DNA of 64,000 nt from Haliotis rufescens. Lineage: Eukaryota. The notes beneath the pieces were generated by a model. It made no database searches. It was not told the origin of the DNA and was given only the letters and a program-made list of their open reading frames with translations. Positions 37,023-52,083 of this stretch are shown piece by piece. The translations under genes and the position numbers were made by a program. The stretch's first letter is position 1. Each line of letters starts with the position of its first letter. The stretch covers positions 3,410,001-3,474,000 of the forward strand of contig NW_025964024.1 in the NCBI RefSeq assembly GCF_023055435.1. The letters run 5' to 3'.

Positions 37023-37696
37023 ACGAAAGTCACAACTATCATGTCTAGTCCTGATGCCACCTACTCATAAATATTCGTCATTTGCTCATCTGTAACCAAA
37101 AGTATCATTTGAAGAGTTAACACCCAACGATTTTTTCATATTTATATAAAGATATTATTGTTGACCCAGTGATATACATGTACACATGATGTAGGGCAGT
37201 AGTTGTGGTGGATCTTGGAGGGTGGGTGGATCTTGTAGGATGGGTGGATCTTATAGGTCAGGTGGATCTTGCTGGGTGGGTAATTATTAGCGTTGGTGGA
37301 AGTGATCTTGTCCATAATGCATTTATTCTGTATACAGGGACTACACGGACACATACTTAGATCTGCAGTTAGTTTGTTTATGATGATGAGGATAGAGATG
37401 AGTGTTGTTCATTTCATGCGGCTTATGAATCTTACAATATCAAACATTTATCTGTTCTGTGATAAGAATCATGTTAGTTGAGTACATCACGCAGATTGAA
37501 GAACATTGTTCAGTTACTGTTTGGGGTCAAATGATTTGTAAATGTATTTGATTGCTCACATGTCATTCCACTTAAGGTGCACAGTAGATGAAGCTATATC
37601 TAAACCAAATGTATGCTGATAAGATCACTTTGTACAACTTCCAAAATAAGTGCTCTTGGCACTTACAAAGACTGCACAGGGGTGCTTATCAAGTAA

Positions 37697-38175
37697 CAGC
37701 GTTCCCGTATACTGGTAATTACCAGTTTTTTACCCTTTAAAATTAGGCTTGACCCAGTAATTCATGGGACTGCCAGTCCCTGTGGGCCAGTAAATAAAGT
37801 ACCATATAAATCTTGTTGAACAAAACATCGGTGATATTCATACAAGTACCTTCTGTTTGTTACCATCAGGGTTTCCCCTGGTCTTTTTCTAGGTTAAATA
37901 TCCATTTGTAGCGACTTCATCTCGAAATATTTTCTAAAAAAAGAAGAGAAAATTAAATTGTGACTGAAGTTTGTGTGAATGACATACGGATCTAAGTTAC
38001 TTCAGAGATGACATCTTTGCACTGAACATGATGTTGAATGAATTAAAAACAAATAATTTTCCTACGTTACTTTATTTGTTGAAAGTTGGCACTGGTAAAA
38101 ATTAGGGGGGACTGGTAATTTTTAGAGTCGCCAGTCCACAAGGACTGGCAGTTTCAAAAGCCAACGGGAACACTG
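37697..38175. mobile_element. TIR element (hAT-like termini)
   Basis: cagcgttcccgt...acgggaacactg with actgg/ccagt subterminal motifs. Confidence 0.6.
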
Positions 38176-38871
38176 AGTAAAATTTGCTGTCAGACATCAA
38201 GCAGTTCTCAAACATTGATGAAACAAAACCTATTATGATAATAGCTACTTGCCAGTTACATACCACTTCTACACTGCTGTGTTTGTAAAAAATCTGGTAC
38301 TGGAGGGGAAAACGGAACTAAGGAAAATATTTCAGTATATTTTTAGCTCACCTGGCTGAAAGTCAAGTGAGCCTAGATAGTGGCCTGTTTGTCCATCATG
38401 CATCGTGAACATCCCCTCAACCACTAGGCCATAGCTTAAGCTGCACGCCCTAGTTCCCACCAATGATGACGCACCAATTTATTCAAGAGGTTCGAATCTG
38501 ATTTTCAATGGGACGGACATATTTAAAAAAGTATTTTAGGCCATTACTCAGCCATTTTCGATCATAATGTGTCGAAATTTGCTGCATGTGTAGTTAGTAA
38601 AAGTAGTGGGGCTCAAATATATGTTCTGCTTTTTGCAATATTTAAATTTTGACCTTAATTAGATCTTTGCACTTTGACCATACTGAAAGTTGAAAAATCT
38701 CATGTCTATTACTCCGCCTATCTTGGCGGGGCTCAAATATATATTCTTTATGATATTCTGAATTTTGAGCTTTATTTGACCTTTGCACTCCTATATTCTC
38801 TCAAAATGCATATTTGGCTATTTACACATCTCTGAAATTGCCAGACTGACAGAGCTGCCCCTTGTGACTTC

Positions 38872-39425
38872 CATCTTCCCGAAGCAAGGGAGTTAACTGA
38901 CTCTAAAAGACCAGTTTTCACCAGAACAAGACTGGAATTCCTGGGCTCCATTGAGTGCCACCAGTAGATATGATGAGATATGTTCCTTCTATGCCCCTCC
39001 TTTTGGCCAATCAGATTCCATCTCTCATATTACTTGCATTTGCTTCAAACAAAATGGCGGCACCCAGTCAAGATGTTATGATCGATAATCAAGATATATA
39101 TTGTAATAAAACGGGTCTTACCTCGCAAATAGCATCAAATCACTTGAGCACCTTGATTAAAAACATGAAAAGATTTGGAAAATATCTATTGACGCCCAGT
39201 TGACGGTACATATCTTTTGCAAATCCTGCAGTCGACCAAAATCTGCATGTTGAAATCCATGTTTATGAAACCAGATGTCGAGTTCGTAACACGATTTTGA
39301 TTGGACTATACATCATGATACATAGAATCATTAATCTAGCCAAAATATAACTCCATAATTGCAGCCTTGTTCAGCAAGGAAACATGACTTTTACAGTCAG
39401 TTAACTCCCTTGCCTCGGGAAGATG
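38872..39425. mobile_element. Non-autonomous DNA transposon with ~30-bp TIR (partial inverted copy ~6440-6736)
   Basis: TIR catcttcccga.gcaagggagttaactgact; flanking direct repeat tgtgact. Confidence 0.8.
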
Positions 39426-39555
39426 TGTGACTCTGAATTTGTTTGTTTTTTGGTGTTTATATGAATATCAGTGCTGACTACTAATAAGTGGCTGTCTTTG
39501 TTGACATTGAAACTTTTCCAGGCGAGCTACAGTGCCATGACACAATTATTTGTTA

Positions 39556-39899
39556 CTGTATTCGACATAATAAGCGCCCAGAGCGCTCTCAAAATTAGGA
39601 ATAGGGGGCTCTCATTAGAATATTGTTTTGGTGAAAGAAACAGAGTTGAAAGATAAATTTCTTGGTTTATGCTGATAGCCTGAAATGTTTATGTACGACA
39701 GAAATATTTTTCCAGAATTAAATTCCCCATAATTAAGGGTGCATATAACACACAAATGTGTATTATACGAGAATAAATAGGTCTTGTGTACATTGATCAA
39801 TTGGAAGGGTTGCTAATTGGGATTGTTCACTAGCCAATATATTAGCAAATTTCGCCATGGGTGCTTATTAGAGCGGGGTGCTTATTACGTCAAATACAG
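39556..39899. mobile_element. MITE family G copy 3
   Basis: TA|ctgtattcga...tcaaatacag|TA. Confidence 0.85.
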
Positions 39900-41137
39900 T
39901 ATTCAAAACAGGTGGAATCCTTAAGGCAATTCTTGTAAAGTCTTGCCTTTAGATGTTGTGATACATGTTTTTAATTTGAAAATCATGTGATGACATTTTT
40001 GTATCAGTACAGGGTACTAGAAAATAACATTTTGAAAAGCCTTTTTGACAAGGCTTTATGGTATAACATGAAACAATTTGAAAATATGGCAAAACGTTTA
40101 ATAAACTTATATCAGAAGAAAAAACATAAAGATTCATATCATGGATATGTGTGTACTCCTAAGAATATTTTTCTACAAATTTAATCAGAATATTTCTCAA
40201 ATTGTATTTATTTAGATATATGACATATTTGTACTTTTGTGTTTTCAAATCAGCATTTTGGTTGCTAAACACATTGTCTGTTGCTACACAAATATAATTT
40301 ATGGTACACACTTGTTGTGGACAAACCTGTATTCTTGCATCTGTATTTATGACTGACAAGTCTGTGAAGCAGTGTTTCATCACTCTGTAATGATGGCAGA
40401 CAAATGGCATCTTTATCAGTTGTCATCAACTAAGCTACATTTATTATATTTTGTTTACTGAACTATATCTCCTGTGAATTGTCTCTTCATTGCTTCACAA
40501 ATTTCACAATTTTTGCCCATCACGTCTGGTGTCTGGGTAGCTTAATGTCACATGATTAACAAAGTTTGACTGAGATCTGGTTTATTGCTATATATTTTAT
40601 TGATACAAACAGTTGTACAACTGTACTTATTGTTTCAGTGTTAACGCCTTTAGAGCCTGAAACATTCACCATCAACTACTGAAACATTGTCATGATCTGA
40701 CCACCCACCTAGATTAATGCAGTGACTAGTGAGCTGGTCTTTCACTAGCCATGACAGATTAACTACGGTCATATTAAAAAATGGTGTTCTTTAACTTCTT
40801 TTGACTAGTATATACAGAAGGAAGTTAGAGCTGATGATTGTGATGTAATCCCTATAAATGATGGCTGCACTAGGAATGCTGTGGAAGAGTCAATAAAAAC
40901 TTAACATAATTTTCCAATTCCTGCCAAATTTAAACTTGAAGTAAGATTTGATTAAATAGACTCTCAACCACCCACACACTATGTTGAAGAAATTACAGCA
41001 GGAGTTTGACTGTGAAATTTTGCAAGGATCCCGCAATACTGTTTTTCATACAGATCACCATGTCATAATGGTTCTCAAAACTATTGACCAGGTTATGTTT
41101 TCATCAGTGTATTTCAATTTGCTATTGGGTGATACTA

Positions 41138-41312
41138 CAGTAAACTACGGTTATAACGAACTCAAAGGGACCAACCATTTTAGTTGGTAATAACCGTAGT
41201 TCGTTATAAGCATATATACAGCATATATGCATCACATGGCTGGGGCTAACAAGTAAGTTCATTATATTGGTCAGTTCGTTATAAGCGTTTTCGTTATAAC
41301 CGTAGTTTACTG
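41138..41312. mobile_element. Tigger/pogo-like MITE
   Basis: Perfect 22-bp TIR cagtaaactacggttataacga. Confidence 0.8.
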
Positions 41313-44300
41313 ATTACAGTATCTTCTAAAAAACCTGAAAAGGATTCCAAATTGATACACATACCCCTAAGTAAGTTGACACAGGCATTTTTCTGTTATT
41401 GTTGTGACACCAAATATGCCATAAGTATCAGAGTTCTCATAGAATGATGTTTGCTTGATGCAGACTAACCTGAGAACTAAGACTACTGTAGCTTATATAT
41501 GTGTCTAACAGTCTGTCAGCTTTGACATGAATATTAATGGGCAGATGCCTTAAAAGTATATATTTTTGTAAAAAAAATAGTCTAAAATATATTCTTGATT
41601 TCATAGATTCTTGTTATTCAAGCAAGCACTGTTGTCCTTTATCATGGAATCTGTTAGTCTGTAGCCTAGAGAATAAATTAGAAAATGAATCCAACCCAAG
41701 TCTAGAATATCTGGCAAGTCTAGATTGCCTCAGAAATTAAGCTTTTTTCTGGGCTCCATTTCGATTGTAATTTTTTATTTTGTAGATATATTTTTTTAAT
41801 TAAAAAATTAATTTTATTTCTGGGACTAATTATTAGTCTAGAAACTGTATCTGCTATTGTAGATAGCATGGTCTTGAATTAACAGGTCATAATTTGTTCA
41901 TAAGCTATGCTGAATTATCTCCCCTAGATCATGTTGTGTCGCCTGATATAGTGATGTTTTGAAAGAGAGCTTGATAACGGGTTGCCACAAGGAGGTTGTT
42001 AACAGTCATGCAAATGACAAGGCTCTAGACATTAGTGTTTCTGATATTATCGCTAAAATGGAAAGAATTTGTCCCCATGTTGATAATCCCAAACCAACAT
42101 CATGCCTCAACGCTGCATTACATCTCTATTTTTTTAAGTAAGTCACATGACGTCATTCGACTTTGGCCTTCGATTCCACCTACATCAGTGGACAGTTTGG
42201 TAAGCTCATCGAAAATAAATTTTCAGTGTTTGATGGAGTTTAGAATTAATGTGGGAATGATTGACAGTGCAATGATTGATACTGTCATCTGCAAGGAAGT
42301 TTAGAGTATCAGAATAATGAGTGAACGCGGCACTTCACAGAAGTGTTCGCTTTACCCTCCACTGGCATTCTTGCTAGTGTTTACTCATCAAGGTTGCTAC
42401 TGTTTCCTCCAAAATATTTGCAAGGGACCTCATTGACCCATATATGATTAGCTGACCTGTGAGGCGCTCAGTCAGTCACATGAGGCACAGAACTGTTCCG
42501 ATACAGACACCATGTTTGTTTACGTTAGTATGCAGATAAGCTGTGAAGGTCATTCCGACAGTGTTATTGATAATGGCCATCATTAGGCAACATAAGGGCA
42601 TTGTCAAGTTTGTGGGCCACACTTTGCCTGATAATTTTCAGGCCATTTATGACAATTCTTTCCATTTTATCTCAGGTGAAAAATCCTGTCAGGAGTACAA
42701 TGATTCCTTTTATAGTATCAACTTCCCAATTCAGACACAAGTTTTTCTGGCATTTCACAGAATTCCATTTTTTGTTCATATTATGTTCTTCAAAGAAGAA
42801 TCATTGTATTTTTTTTTGTAACTGGGGATTTTCACCTCCATGGGTTGATGTTAATGCAGACAAGATGGTTGGGTTCCTAATGTTTGTTTCGAAATATATA
42901 GCCAACCATGTCATGCATTATTGTGATGAAGGGATACAGCAGTGAATTCAACCATCGTTAAGAGGTTGATTTCATGACTGTGATTGTTGTGGTAGGGACT
43001 AACGAAATGTAACATTCTGACAACCTCCATTTTTGCACTGGTTACCTGTTGCAGGAACCCCCATCCCTACAGGGCTGCATAAGATTTAAGGATTTTTTTT
43101 ATCCAAATTTCATCGCTGAATTTTTTCAGGAGCAGAGGCCCTAACAGGGATGAAATGAGGCCCCGTAAAGGATATCAGTATCTGTATCTCCCACCAACCT
43201 TGGGAATACAATTGACATACTTGTCAATGTTTCCGTTGAAGGTCATTTGTAAAGGAGGTGTGCTTGTTTTATTACTTGACTTTAGTCTGGAGATATTTTG
43301 TTAGATATACATAATTCAAGTTTTATAGTAGTGTCAGAAATGCTAGAAAAATGCTTTTTGCCTTTTAAAACAAGATAGAATGTTTCACAGACTAATGCTA
43401 TTGAAATTTCGAGTAACTACTGATCTCCCTACCTGAGGTTTGAAGTATGTCAGTCACAAAAAGTCCTATCAACAATTTTACAGAAGAATTTGAACAAAAA
43501 CAGCAAGTCTGAAGCGAACTGTAGAAATATGTGCATGCGACCTAGTTGTGATCATGATAATGTTGTCTTTGTGAATGCACATGCCGGTGTGAGGTCGTCA
43601 CCTCTGGACAGGTGTTAGGTAATTACCTCTGACTAAAGGCTGTTTCATACATGCATGACAACACAAAAATAAGTTTATAGTCATTTTACCTGAAAAAGTA
43701 CCATTTAGGCTAATCAGTGTCAGTTTGGATAGGCTAGATTAGGTAGGTTTGTGTTATTTGATATATGCTATTTTCATAGCCCTGTGATTTGTATGAATTC
43801 AATGAAGCCAGAAAAGCATTTTTTTAGCATTGCCGACAGTGCTGTAGGTCACTGAGACCTATTTTAATTGGCATGTGCCATATTGATTATAACGCTGAAC
43901 ACCTCAGTGATGTTGTATTTGCTGAATATCCTAAAAAGCTGTTGATAATTGTGTGCATACTCATTTCTGACATCAAAGAACTGATATACTCTCCTGGTAC
44001 TCGAAACACTTTACACAATAATTCACGATGTATTCACTGTAGATGAGTGCAACTTTGTCTTCCGTGGGGCACCGACTCAAACGAGCTTTGTTTTTAGTTA
44101 TAACAGTTTAAGGTCAGGGTCATCAGTAAGTCAAATTAAGTGGCTCTGACTTCTGCTGTGTAGTTTAGGTTGTCTCTTGTATTTAATGGTTATGTGATTA
44201 TATTCATTTGACCAAACTTGTCATACAAATTATTTTGCCGCTGTGCCCTTAGTTTGCAATGGATTTCAAAGTTTAATTACATACCAAATATTTGTTTCGA

Positions 44301-44760
44301 CCCTTTTCTGAAAAGAATTTACTTGATGTATCATATCATATATTGACATAACCTTGAATGTAACCTTGACCTTTAAAAGGTTAAGGTCAAATTCAAGGTT
44401 ATTTCAACAATTGCTTTGAAATTTGATACAGTATGTATGGTGAACAACTGAAATTTAGGCCATTCAAAATATAAGCAGGTGGTGGGGCTGCTTCAGTTTT
44501 TGTATGTTATGCAAACATTTCTTTTGAAATATGTCCCTGTATAGGTTCATCGCCTCACCTACTTAATGTCATTTGGGTGATTCTCTCCAACTTACATTCA
44601 AGCCTTGTTGCCATGTTTTACATTCTAGTCAGTTTTTGGTGCTTACTTGAAACCTATTTGATTACTGTTTAATACCTCATAGTAACATGAACTGTTTGAC
44701 CCTGGTACCAGTGCTTTATAATACTAAGTAGTCTAGTGCTATGTTACTTTAGAGTAATAA

Positions 44761-44960
44761 GGGACAGGTCATTTATTGCAGGGGTTATTTTTATGTACTA
44801 ATGTACTGAAAATAATGACCTTCCCCTAATGCTTGTCATATTTTTGGATGACCCTCCCCATGTCCTTGTACATTTCTTTCATGATCCTCCCACATATGTG
44901 TAATATTTTTCATAACCCTCTCATTGTGACTCACCCCCAGTATAATAAATGACCGGTCCC
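44761..44960. mobile_element. PIF/Harbinger (Tourist)-like MITE
   Basis: TIR gggac.ggtcatttatt, flanked by TAA/TGA; internal degenerate ~30-bp repeats. Confidence 0.7.
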
Positions 44961-45147
44961 TGACACAGGGCAGCTTGCACACAGCGACTTCTGTAGGTCT
45001 GTGTAAAGAAGTAAGATTCTTGTAACGTTAAGATCGACATGTGCAAGTGGGCCACGCCTGCAATGGTCTGTTGAGAAGTCTCAGTCAGAAAATTATGTTA
45101 ATGTTTCACAATTGTTGTGATATTATCTTTACTGAATGTCACAAATA

Positions 45148-45538
45148 CAGTCAAGTCTCGTTAATCCGACAATCAGCTTTAGCCGACACTGATGATTGGA
45201 ACCGATTAAATCAGTGCTTTTTAGACCTGTTAATCCTACAGTCTCACACTCTGACTCCGACACACCTAATTTGCAACGAATTACCGAAATCACTCATTAA
45301 TCAGTCTCGTTAATCCGACACAGTGATCAGCGTACGTCATCAGCCCACGAGTACACAGCCCGTGTTTTGATGCGAGACATGTCTTAAGCTTTGCGGTACC
45401 AGTTTCAAATTTCAAACTTCCATTCAAGACTATGTTTTTAACGAACGTTGATACTACTTAATTTCATTTATCTGACATACTCGTTAATCCGACATAATCA
45501 TGTGCAACCAACCATGTCGGATTAACGGGATTTGACTG
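45148..45538. mobile_element. Tigger/pogo-like MITE
   Basis: TIR cagtcaa.tc.cgttaatccgaca, TA TSD. Confidence 0.85.
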
Positions 45539-46756
45539 TAATTGAATGGATGTTTACTTTCCAGCTAATTCATTGTGTGTATTGTTATTTTCAGAAATCT
45601 TTCAGCTTTGTAATATGGAACGATTCCTCACTGTTATGTGAAAGAAATCATGTTCTAAAATAACATTTAGCACGCCATGACCTAAAGGTCCAAGTGTGCT
45701 TGTGGCATTTCACTCTGTCCGCCCTCTCTGGTCCCCTGGCCTCCATTTAGCCACTTTTTGCAGCAGGGATGAAACTCCCAACAGTTGCAGGGCGTTAAGC
45801 ACCATAAAAATTATGAATGGATCTAGATTCGTTGATGTTGCTGAGATGAAAAGTATATGGTTTGTGTTTTTAAGTAGAAAATTTATTTTAATTGTGAAAA
45901 AATGTTTCTTATCAAGACCAAATAGCAGACTGCTGAAATGTGAAGCACCACAATAGGGTTCTGATTTTTCTTGTGGCATTAACATTTTCTTAATTACAAA
46001 TTTGTAAAAATGTTAAGGCACCTACTACTTAGAGGTTTGATTGGAATCTCAGACACAGCAATTTACTGTGCAGAGTTGTGTCCCTTTAGGCCCAGGAATC
46101 ATGGGTTCAAATCCCTAGATTCATCCTTATCATGTTTCTTGGTTTCTCGGCACCATGCTGGTGGTGGTAGGTTGGACTGAGATGGAAAATGTCCGAGACC
46201 TGCACCACTTTTGGCTTTCCTTCCACATCAAACTGACTAATGTATTCTTCAAAGCAGCATTTAAACATCAACTTACTTACTCATTCTAGTTTTCTTTGAG
46301 CCATTATCATAGGTACTAAAGTTTATAACAAGATCTAAAGAAACACAGAAAATATTCTATTACATCAGTGATCTGTTGTATCAATTTACTTAATAACAGT
46401 GATGCTATATTCTTTTGTCTGTCATGACTAAAGGTTGTAGTATCCAGTAGTTCACATATATACCTGTGTTCGTTAAATAGTTTTATAGTATAGCTTCCAT
46501 GACGGTTTGTTAGAATATGATTACATTATGGAGGGCGCAAGTTACTTAATAAAGCCAAAGACACTGTTCAAACTACCTACTTGAGAGGACAATTCTGCAT
46601 CAAGAACTAAACCAGACGGGCAACATGTTACCATCGAGGGGATCCTCCCTAATCCATGTTATTAAATCTCCATTCTGTTGTGCTAAAAACCCTGGACCCA
46701 TTCTCCACAAAGCTTCGTTTTGGAAATGACACATTGCCACCTCACGTATCACCTTA

Positions 46757-47008
46757 CGACTGCCTCCGTGGTCTAGTGGGAGAGCGGAAGGTCCGGGGTT
46801 CGATCCCCGGCTGCGTCATACCAAAAGTCGTTAAAAGATGGTACTTGTTGTTACCCTGTCTGGCACTTGGCATTAAGGGGCTAAAACAAGGACTAGCTGG
46901 CTCAGAGTCAGTATGCGGTGTCTAAATTGGGGTATCGATGTTAAACTGGTATACTACCTCTGTGGGCTAGCACTTTAAATTGGCATCAGTCCTGACTAGT
47001 ACAAGCAG

Positions 47009-47054
<46 letters not shown>

Positions 47055-47125
47055 ATCTACGTCGCTATATAAGTGCAATAATCTTGGATGGGACACCTCA
47101 CCTCACCTCACCTCACCTCACCTCA
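46757..47125 (+). mobile_element. SINE family C with expanded (CA)n and (CTCAC)n tail
   Basis: Similar to the 16527 copy. Confidence 0.8.
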
Positions 47126-47721
47126 ATCGCCTTATCACTGGATTTCATTTTTCATGAGTATATCAGACTGGTCGCCATTTTTAGCAGCATCTTTTAAATT
47201 CAGTTCAAAACAACTTTGTAGCCAGTGGGTCCAGGATGTTTATCTACAGCGAGGATTGGATGATCATGGATGTATTGAGGGATGTAAGGAGAGATTGATA
47301 TTCCAGGGCAGAAAGTCTGCCATTGATACTACTAAAACAATGTTAAGGACCACCAATTTCTTCATAATACTATAGTTAATGGCATGACAAATTAACTATA
47401 TCATGTATAGTAATATGAGAGAATCAAGCGGTCCTTAACTTTCTTTTTTTCAGTAGTGTTGTTTAATAAGATCTCATTTGTTAAAGTTGAAAGTTTTTAG
47501 GTTGTTTATTTCGGTTTGATAAAGGTCTTCAAAATGATATTGACTGCTTTTCAAGTATTTTGGTTAACAATGAAAAATGTGTTGTTTATGCGGCTGTCAT
47601 ATTTGCTTTGCTTAATTTGGTACTTGGCTTGTTAGCAGATAATTTTGTTTATGCCATATGATACATATCTGACTTACAGCAAGTCACCAGTGACATACGA
47701 TGCTAAAACTGATATTAGATA

Positions 47722-47724
47722 TTA

Positions 47725-47757
<33 letters not shown>
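47722..47757 (+). repeat. (ATT)n microsatellite
   Basis: Read directly. Confidence 0.9.
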
Positions 47758-47760
<3 letters not shown>

Positions 47761-48479
47761 GTGGCTGTTATGTAGTTGATAACAATAAGCAGTTGATCTG
47801 AATCGTCAGTGAGATATTGCTTTTACGATAAGAGGTTTCTGTACATACTGAGTACAATTTGCAAAGCACACTTGTAGTGTGCCCGGATGTTATTTCAAAC
47901 TTGACATTGATAGTGTCATATTTATTCTCAGTCCTTAGTATGGTTGTGAGAAGCTAAACAGTATCTCACTGATGATAGTGACGTACTGCTTCTTTGCATA
48001 TCGTCAACTGTACAATGATTTTTAAGAATATCTAAGTTCACCAAAAGTGTTGCTATGTTTTGTCTGAAATCTCTTTTCCATGTTTTTTCTTCAAACACTT
48101 GGTGTTGTGAACAGTGTGATAATTCCTCCTAATGGTCACAAAGATAGCTTTGCATATGTGTCTTTAAAAAAATGTTATGTTTTGTCATCAGTAGATCTGT
48201 GAACTTATTTGTTCTGACAAGGTACATGACTTGTTTATAAAGTGTTGTTGTTATTGTATATGTACATTTTGTATATCACAGCTACCGGTTATGGACATAT
48301 ATTGAACTAAAAAAAACATCTTTTTTTTATAAACACAGCAGATTAAATTACTGGGAGAGGGTAATAGATATCTTGCCATATACCCAAGATGTTTATTGTT
48401 CAGCACAAAAAATAAAGAATTGTTGGTTTTGGTAGTAATGGGTTCATTGTTTAGTGTTTCTTTGACCTTTGTATCAGGA

Positions 48480-48737
48480 ACCCGTGAAGGGCCAGGTTAG
48501 AATAGGTCTTCATGCAGCCCATGCCTGCCGTAAAAGGCACCTATGCTTGTCGCAAGAGGCAACTAGCAGGATCAGGTGGTCAGGCTCGCAGATGAATGTC
48601 ATCGTATCCCAAATTGCGTGGATTGGTGCTCATGATGTCAATCACTGCATTGTCTGGTCCAGACTCGTTCATTTACAGACCGCCATCATATAGCTGGAAT
48701 ATTGCTGAGTGCGGCATTAAACAACAAACAAACAAAC
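48480..48737 (+). mobile_element. SINE-like family B
   Basis: Similar to the 813 copy. Confidence 0.85.
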
Positions 48738-49388
48738 TTTGTGTCAGGCTATGTGTCCAGTGGTTTGAGCATTCACTTGTCATTCAAACATTCTGGGTTT
48801 GATTCCCCACATGGGTAAAAGTTGTCATGCCCATTGTTAGTGTAATGACTTTTTATCGTGGCATGGTCCTGTGCACAGCACACAGGTCACAGGGCACACG
48901 TCTAAAGCTAAGTAACATTGGTTACTGGCAGCTGGATTCCAAGAGTTTTTACCGCTTTGATCCTGGCCCATGCCGAGGCACATGTGGTGTCACCCTAAGC
49001 GTGTGGCTTTGTTCGTAATATGCCTCTATTCACCCAGCAGTGAATGGGTACCCGGTAGGATGAGATTTTATCCTTACTGTTAACCTTCTAGCACTTCACA
49101 GGTAGCTTGGGTTGTATACTCCCCAGGGAGCTGAGAATGGAAATCGAGTGCACACTGATCCATTGACCGGGGGAAAAATAATGTAGCGCCATGAGCATTC
49201 ACTTGGTGAATGGAATTTGGTGCATTATAAATGTAATCATTATTAAAAAAACCAAGCTGTGATGCTGGTAGTTCTATCTGGGTGAATGTGAGATGAAAGC
49301 CTCCTGAACTGACACACGTAGAACTGTGGTGAAACCAATGTGTACTGGTATACTTGACAGACCAAGAATCTTAAATGGGACAAATCTG

Positions 49389-49553
49389 TGGGGTGGTCTG
49401 GTGGTTAAAGCGTTTGCTCATCACGCCAAAGACCCAGGTTCGATTCCCGACATGGTTGCAATGAGTGAAGCCCATTCCTGGTATTCCCCCCCGTATTATT
49501 GCTGGAATATTGCTTAAAGCAGCGTAAAACCATACTCGCTCATTCACTCACTC
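49389..49553 (+). mobile_element. SINE family A (diverged)
   Basis: Similar along its length to the 25604 copy. Confidence 0.8.
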
Positions 49554-49654
49554 ATTGTGATTCGAACTTGCAATCTGCAGATCCCTGTCCAGTAAGAGGC
49601 AACTTTGAACAGGTACCAGTAATTGTGTTTCCCTGGATCATTGGGCCACCCTAG

Positions 49655-49892
49655 GACCTGTGAAGATCTGGGTCAGAATAGGTCTTCAGCAACCCATGCT
49701 TAGCGTAAGAGGGGACTAACAGGATCGGGTGGTCAGGCTCGCTGATTTGGTTGATGCATGTCATGGTATTACATTTGCGTAGATCGATGCTCATAATGTC
49801 AATCACTGGATTGTCTGTTCCAGACTCGATTATTTACGTACCACCGTCATATAGCTGGAATATTGCTGAGTGCGGCGTTAAACAACAAACAA
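49655..49892 (+). mobile_element. SINE-like family B
   Basis: Similar to the 813 copy. Confidence 0.85.
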
Positions 49893-52083
49893 AAACTAGA
49901 AGGCAATGTACTTTTGAGGCAAAATATATGTACCTCAATTGAAAGGAAGAATTGTGAAATGGAAAATAGTTCCAATGTCGCATATCACCTTGATGGCCTG
50001 ATACCTGAATATCAAAACAAAACAAAAAAGGTCAAGATTTATAAAGAAATTGTTTATTTGTAACAACTGAAAAAGTATCGAATGAGAGGACTCGGTCCAA
50101 CAGCTTTGAACCACACTGGCCCAGCTTGTTTTCTCATCAGTCCCCAGTGAAACAAAGAGCATATGAACACCAACTTCACCTGCATGTTATACCAAGAAGT
50201 CCTGTAATTTTCCCAACCAAAACTGTACACCTAACAAACCATTTTCTGTATTAAATGTTATTCATTATAGTTGAGAAGTGAGAGTCAACTAGCCATGATG
50301 GTCATCACGTACAGTGAAATCTTGCTAGTCCAGATCCCCTGCTCTCCACACAAGCAGTTTCTGGTGTCCAAATGTGGAACAGGTCTCCCAGATGTATAGC
50401 AATATGTATGGGGTATCGCTGCAAAACTTGGAATCTTTGTTTCATATCTAGATCAACAACGTATCACTTATCATATTTGAAAACTTTCTCAGTTTGTGTA
50501 ATTATATTAGTCCTATCGATACCCCCAAACTATTGTGAATCTTTTGTTGCAGCCACAGAACCAGTACAGGTTTGTTTGTTTGTGACGCCTGTATCTGGCT
50601 ACCTGATTTCTGAAGACCCTGTACCTTTTCCTGCACAAATTTCCTTTTTCCAAAACACAATGATAACCTGTGCCATGAAAAACTGTCTTGAAAACAGGAC
50701 ACTCACAAAGACTCTTGCACTACAGATGGTCATCATGCTTTAACACTTTCTTATGACCATCAAACCAACTTTAATAGGTCACAAATGTCAATATGTTAGT
50801 CTAATATGCCTTTGTTCCACCGGGACATAGATGATACCCAAATATTTCAGAGAACCAGGAAGAAGAACTTTTGTTTGCAATCAAACATCTTAATATGAGT
50901 AACTTGTAAAGAGATGATTAAAATTCATGGATTTCAATGAACAAAGTTGCCATACCTATTTCAGACTGACTGAAATAAATACAACTCAAAAATGGTCATG
51001 ATCAACTGGTTTGACTTCTGCCGTGATAAACAAAATGGCCAGACAAGACTGCAAGTTGAAACACTGTAAACATATTCATTTGTTGACAAGACAAGATGCG
51101 TGGAGTTGACATCTGCTGTGTGCGCCAGCTGCTGAACAGAGACATCAATCTGACCCAAGTCTAGCCTCATCACTGGGAAGTTCAACTAACAATAAGAGAG
51201 TTATTTCAGAGGGTGCCATGTTTATACATGTCATTGACACCACCTAGATATAGAAGGCAGAATCTCGAGACCCTGGTTGTCAATGGACACCTTGGCTTCA
51301 CTTCATAAAACCAATTATGGCTAGAATACAGAATACTGGGCACCTTCCGCCACAATGTGAATGAGATCCTTCCTTAGTAACTGTTTCTATTTTCTTTTCG
51401 CCACCATGTTTGGCCGTCTCGCTAAATTAACACACATACAACAACTTAAAATAAATGCAATCTTAAGTAAATGTCATTTTCAGTTACCAAAGTTCATGAA
51501 ATGGATGTCCCTGATGAGGTTGCTGTACGCCATTATGGAACTTCTATTTTCAAGTGATATTTCTTACTCCTTATTTAAGCTTCTTATTTTTTTTAAATAA
51601 ACACAGTGGATGTGTATCCAGTATTTTGTAGTTGTACCCAAATTATGTAAAGAAAGTCGTAACAAAGATCCACAACTGCCATAGCACTCAGACCACATTG
51701 TGGACTGGACCCAAACTGATGGCAGACACTGGGGTCCTAGGCCACGTCCACAAAGCAATATTAGTGTTAAGACTATTGCATGACCGTGTAATACAGCACT
51801 TAGGACATATGTACAGCTAAGATCACTAACATCAGCCCACAAAGGCCAGAATTAGACTCATAATGGCCCATCTAATGAACATGTGAGGTAAAAAGGATTA
51901 GAATTGAGTTGGGAGTATAGAATGGGGATGTTAAACTGTTTGCAATGCCCTGGTCACAGCAATACTTCGCAGGCTTGTGTACACTACATTCTTCAATAAG
52001 GGAGATAATGAGAATGGAAGTGCATACAAGCCTGTGAAGTACTGAGGACATACCTCGGTATTCAACTTCATATCATCATTAGT

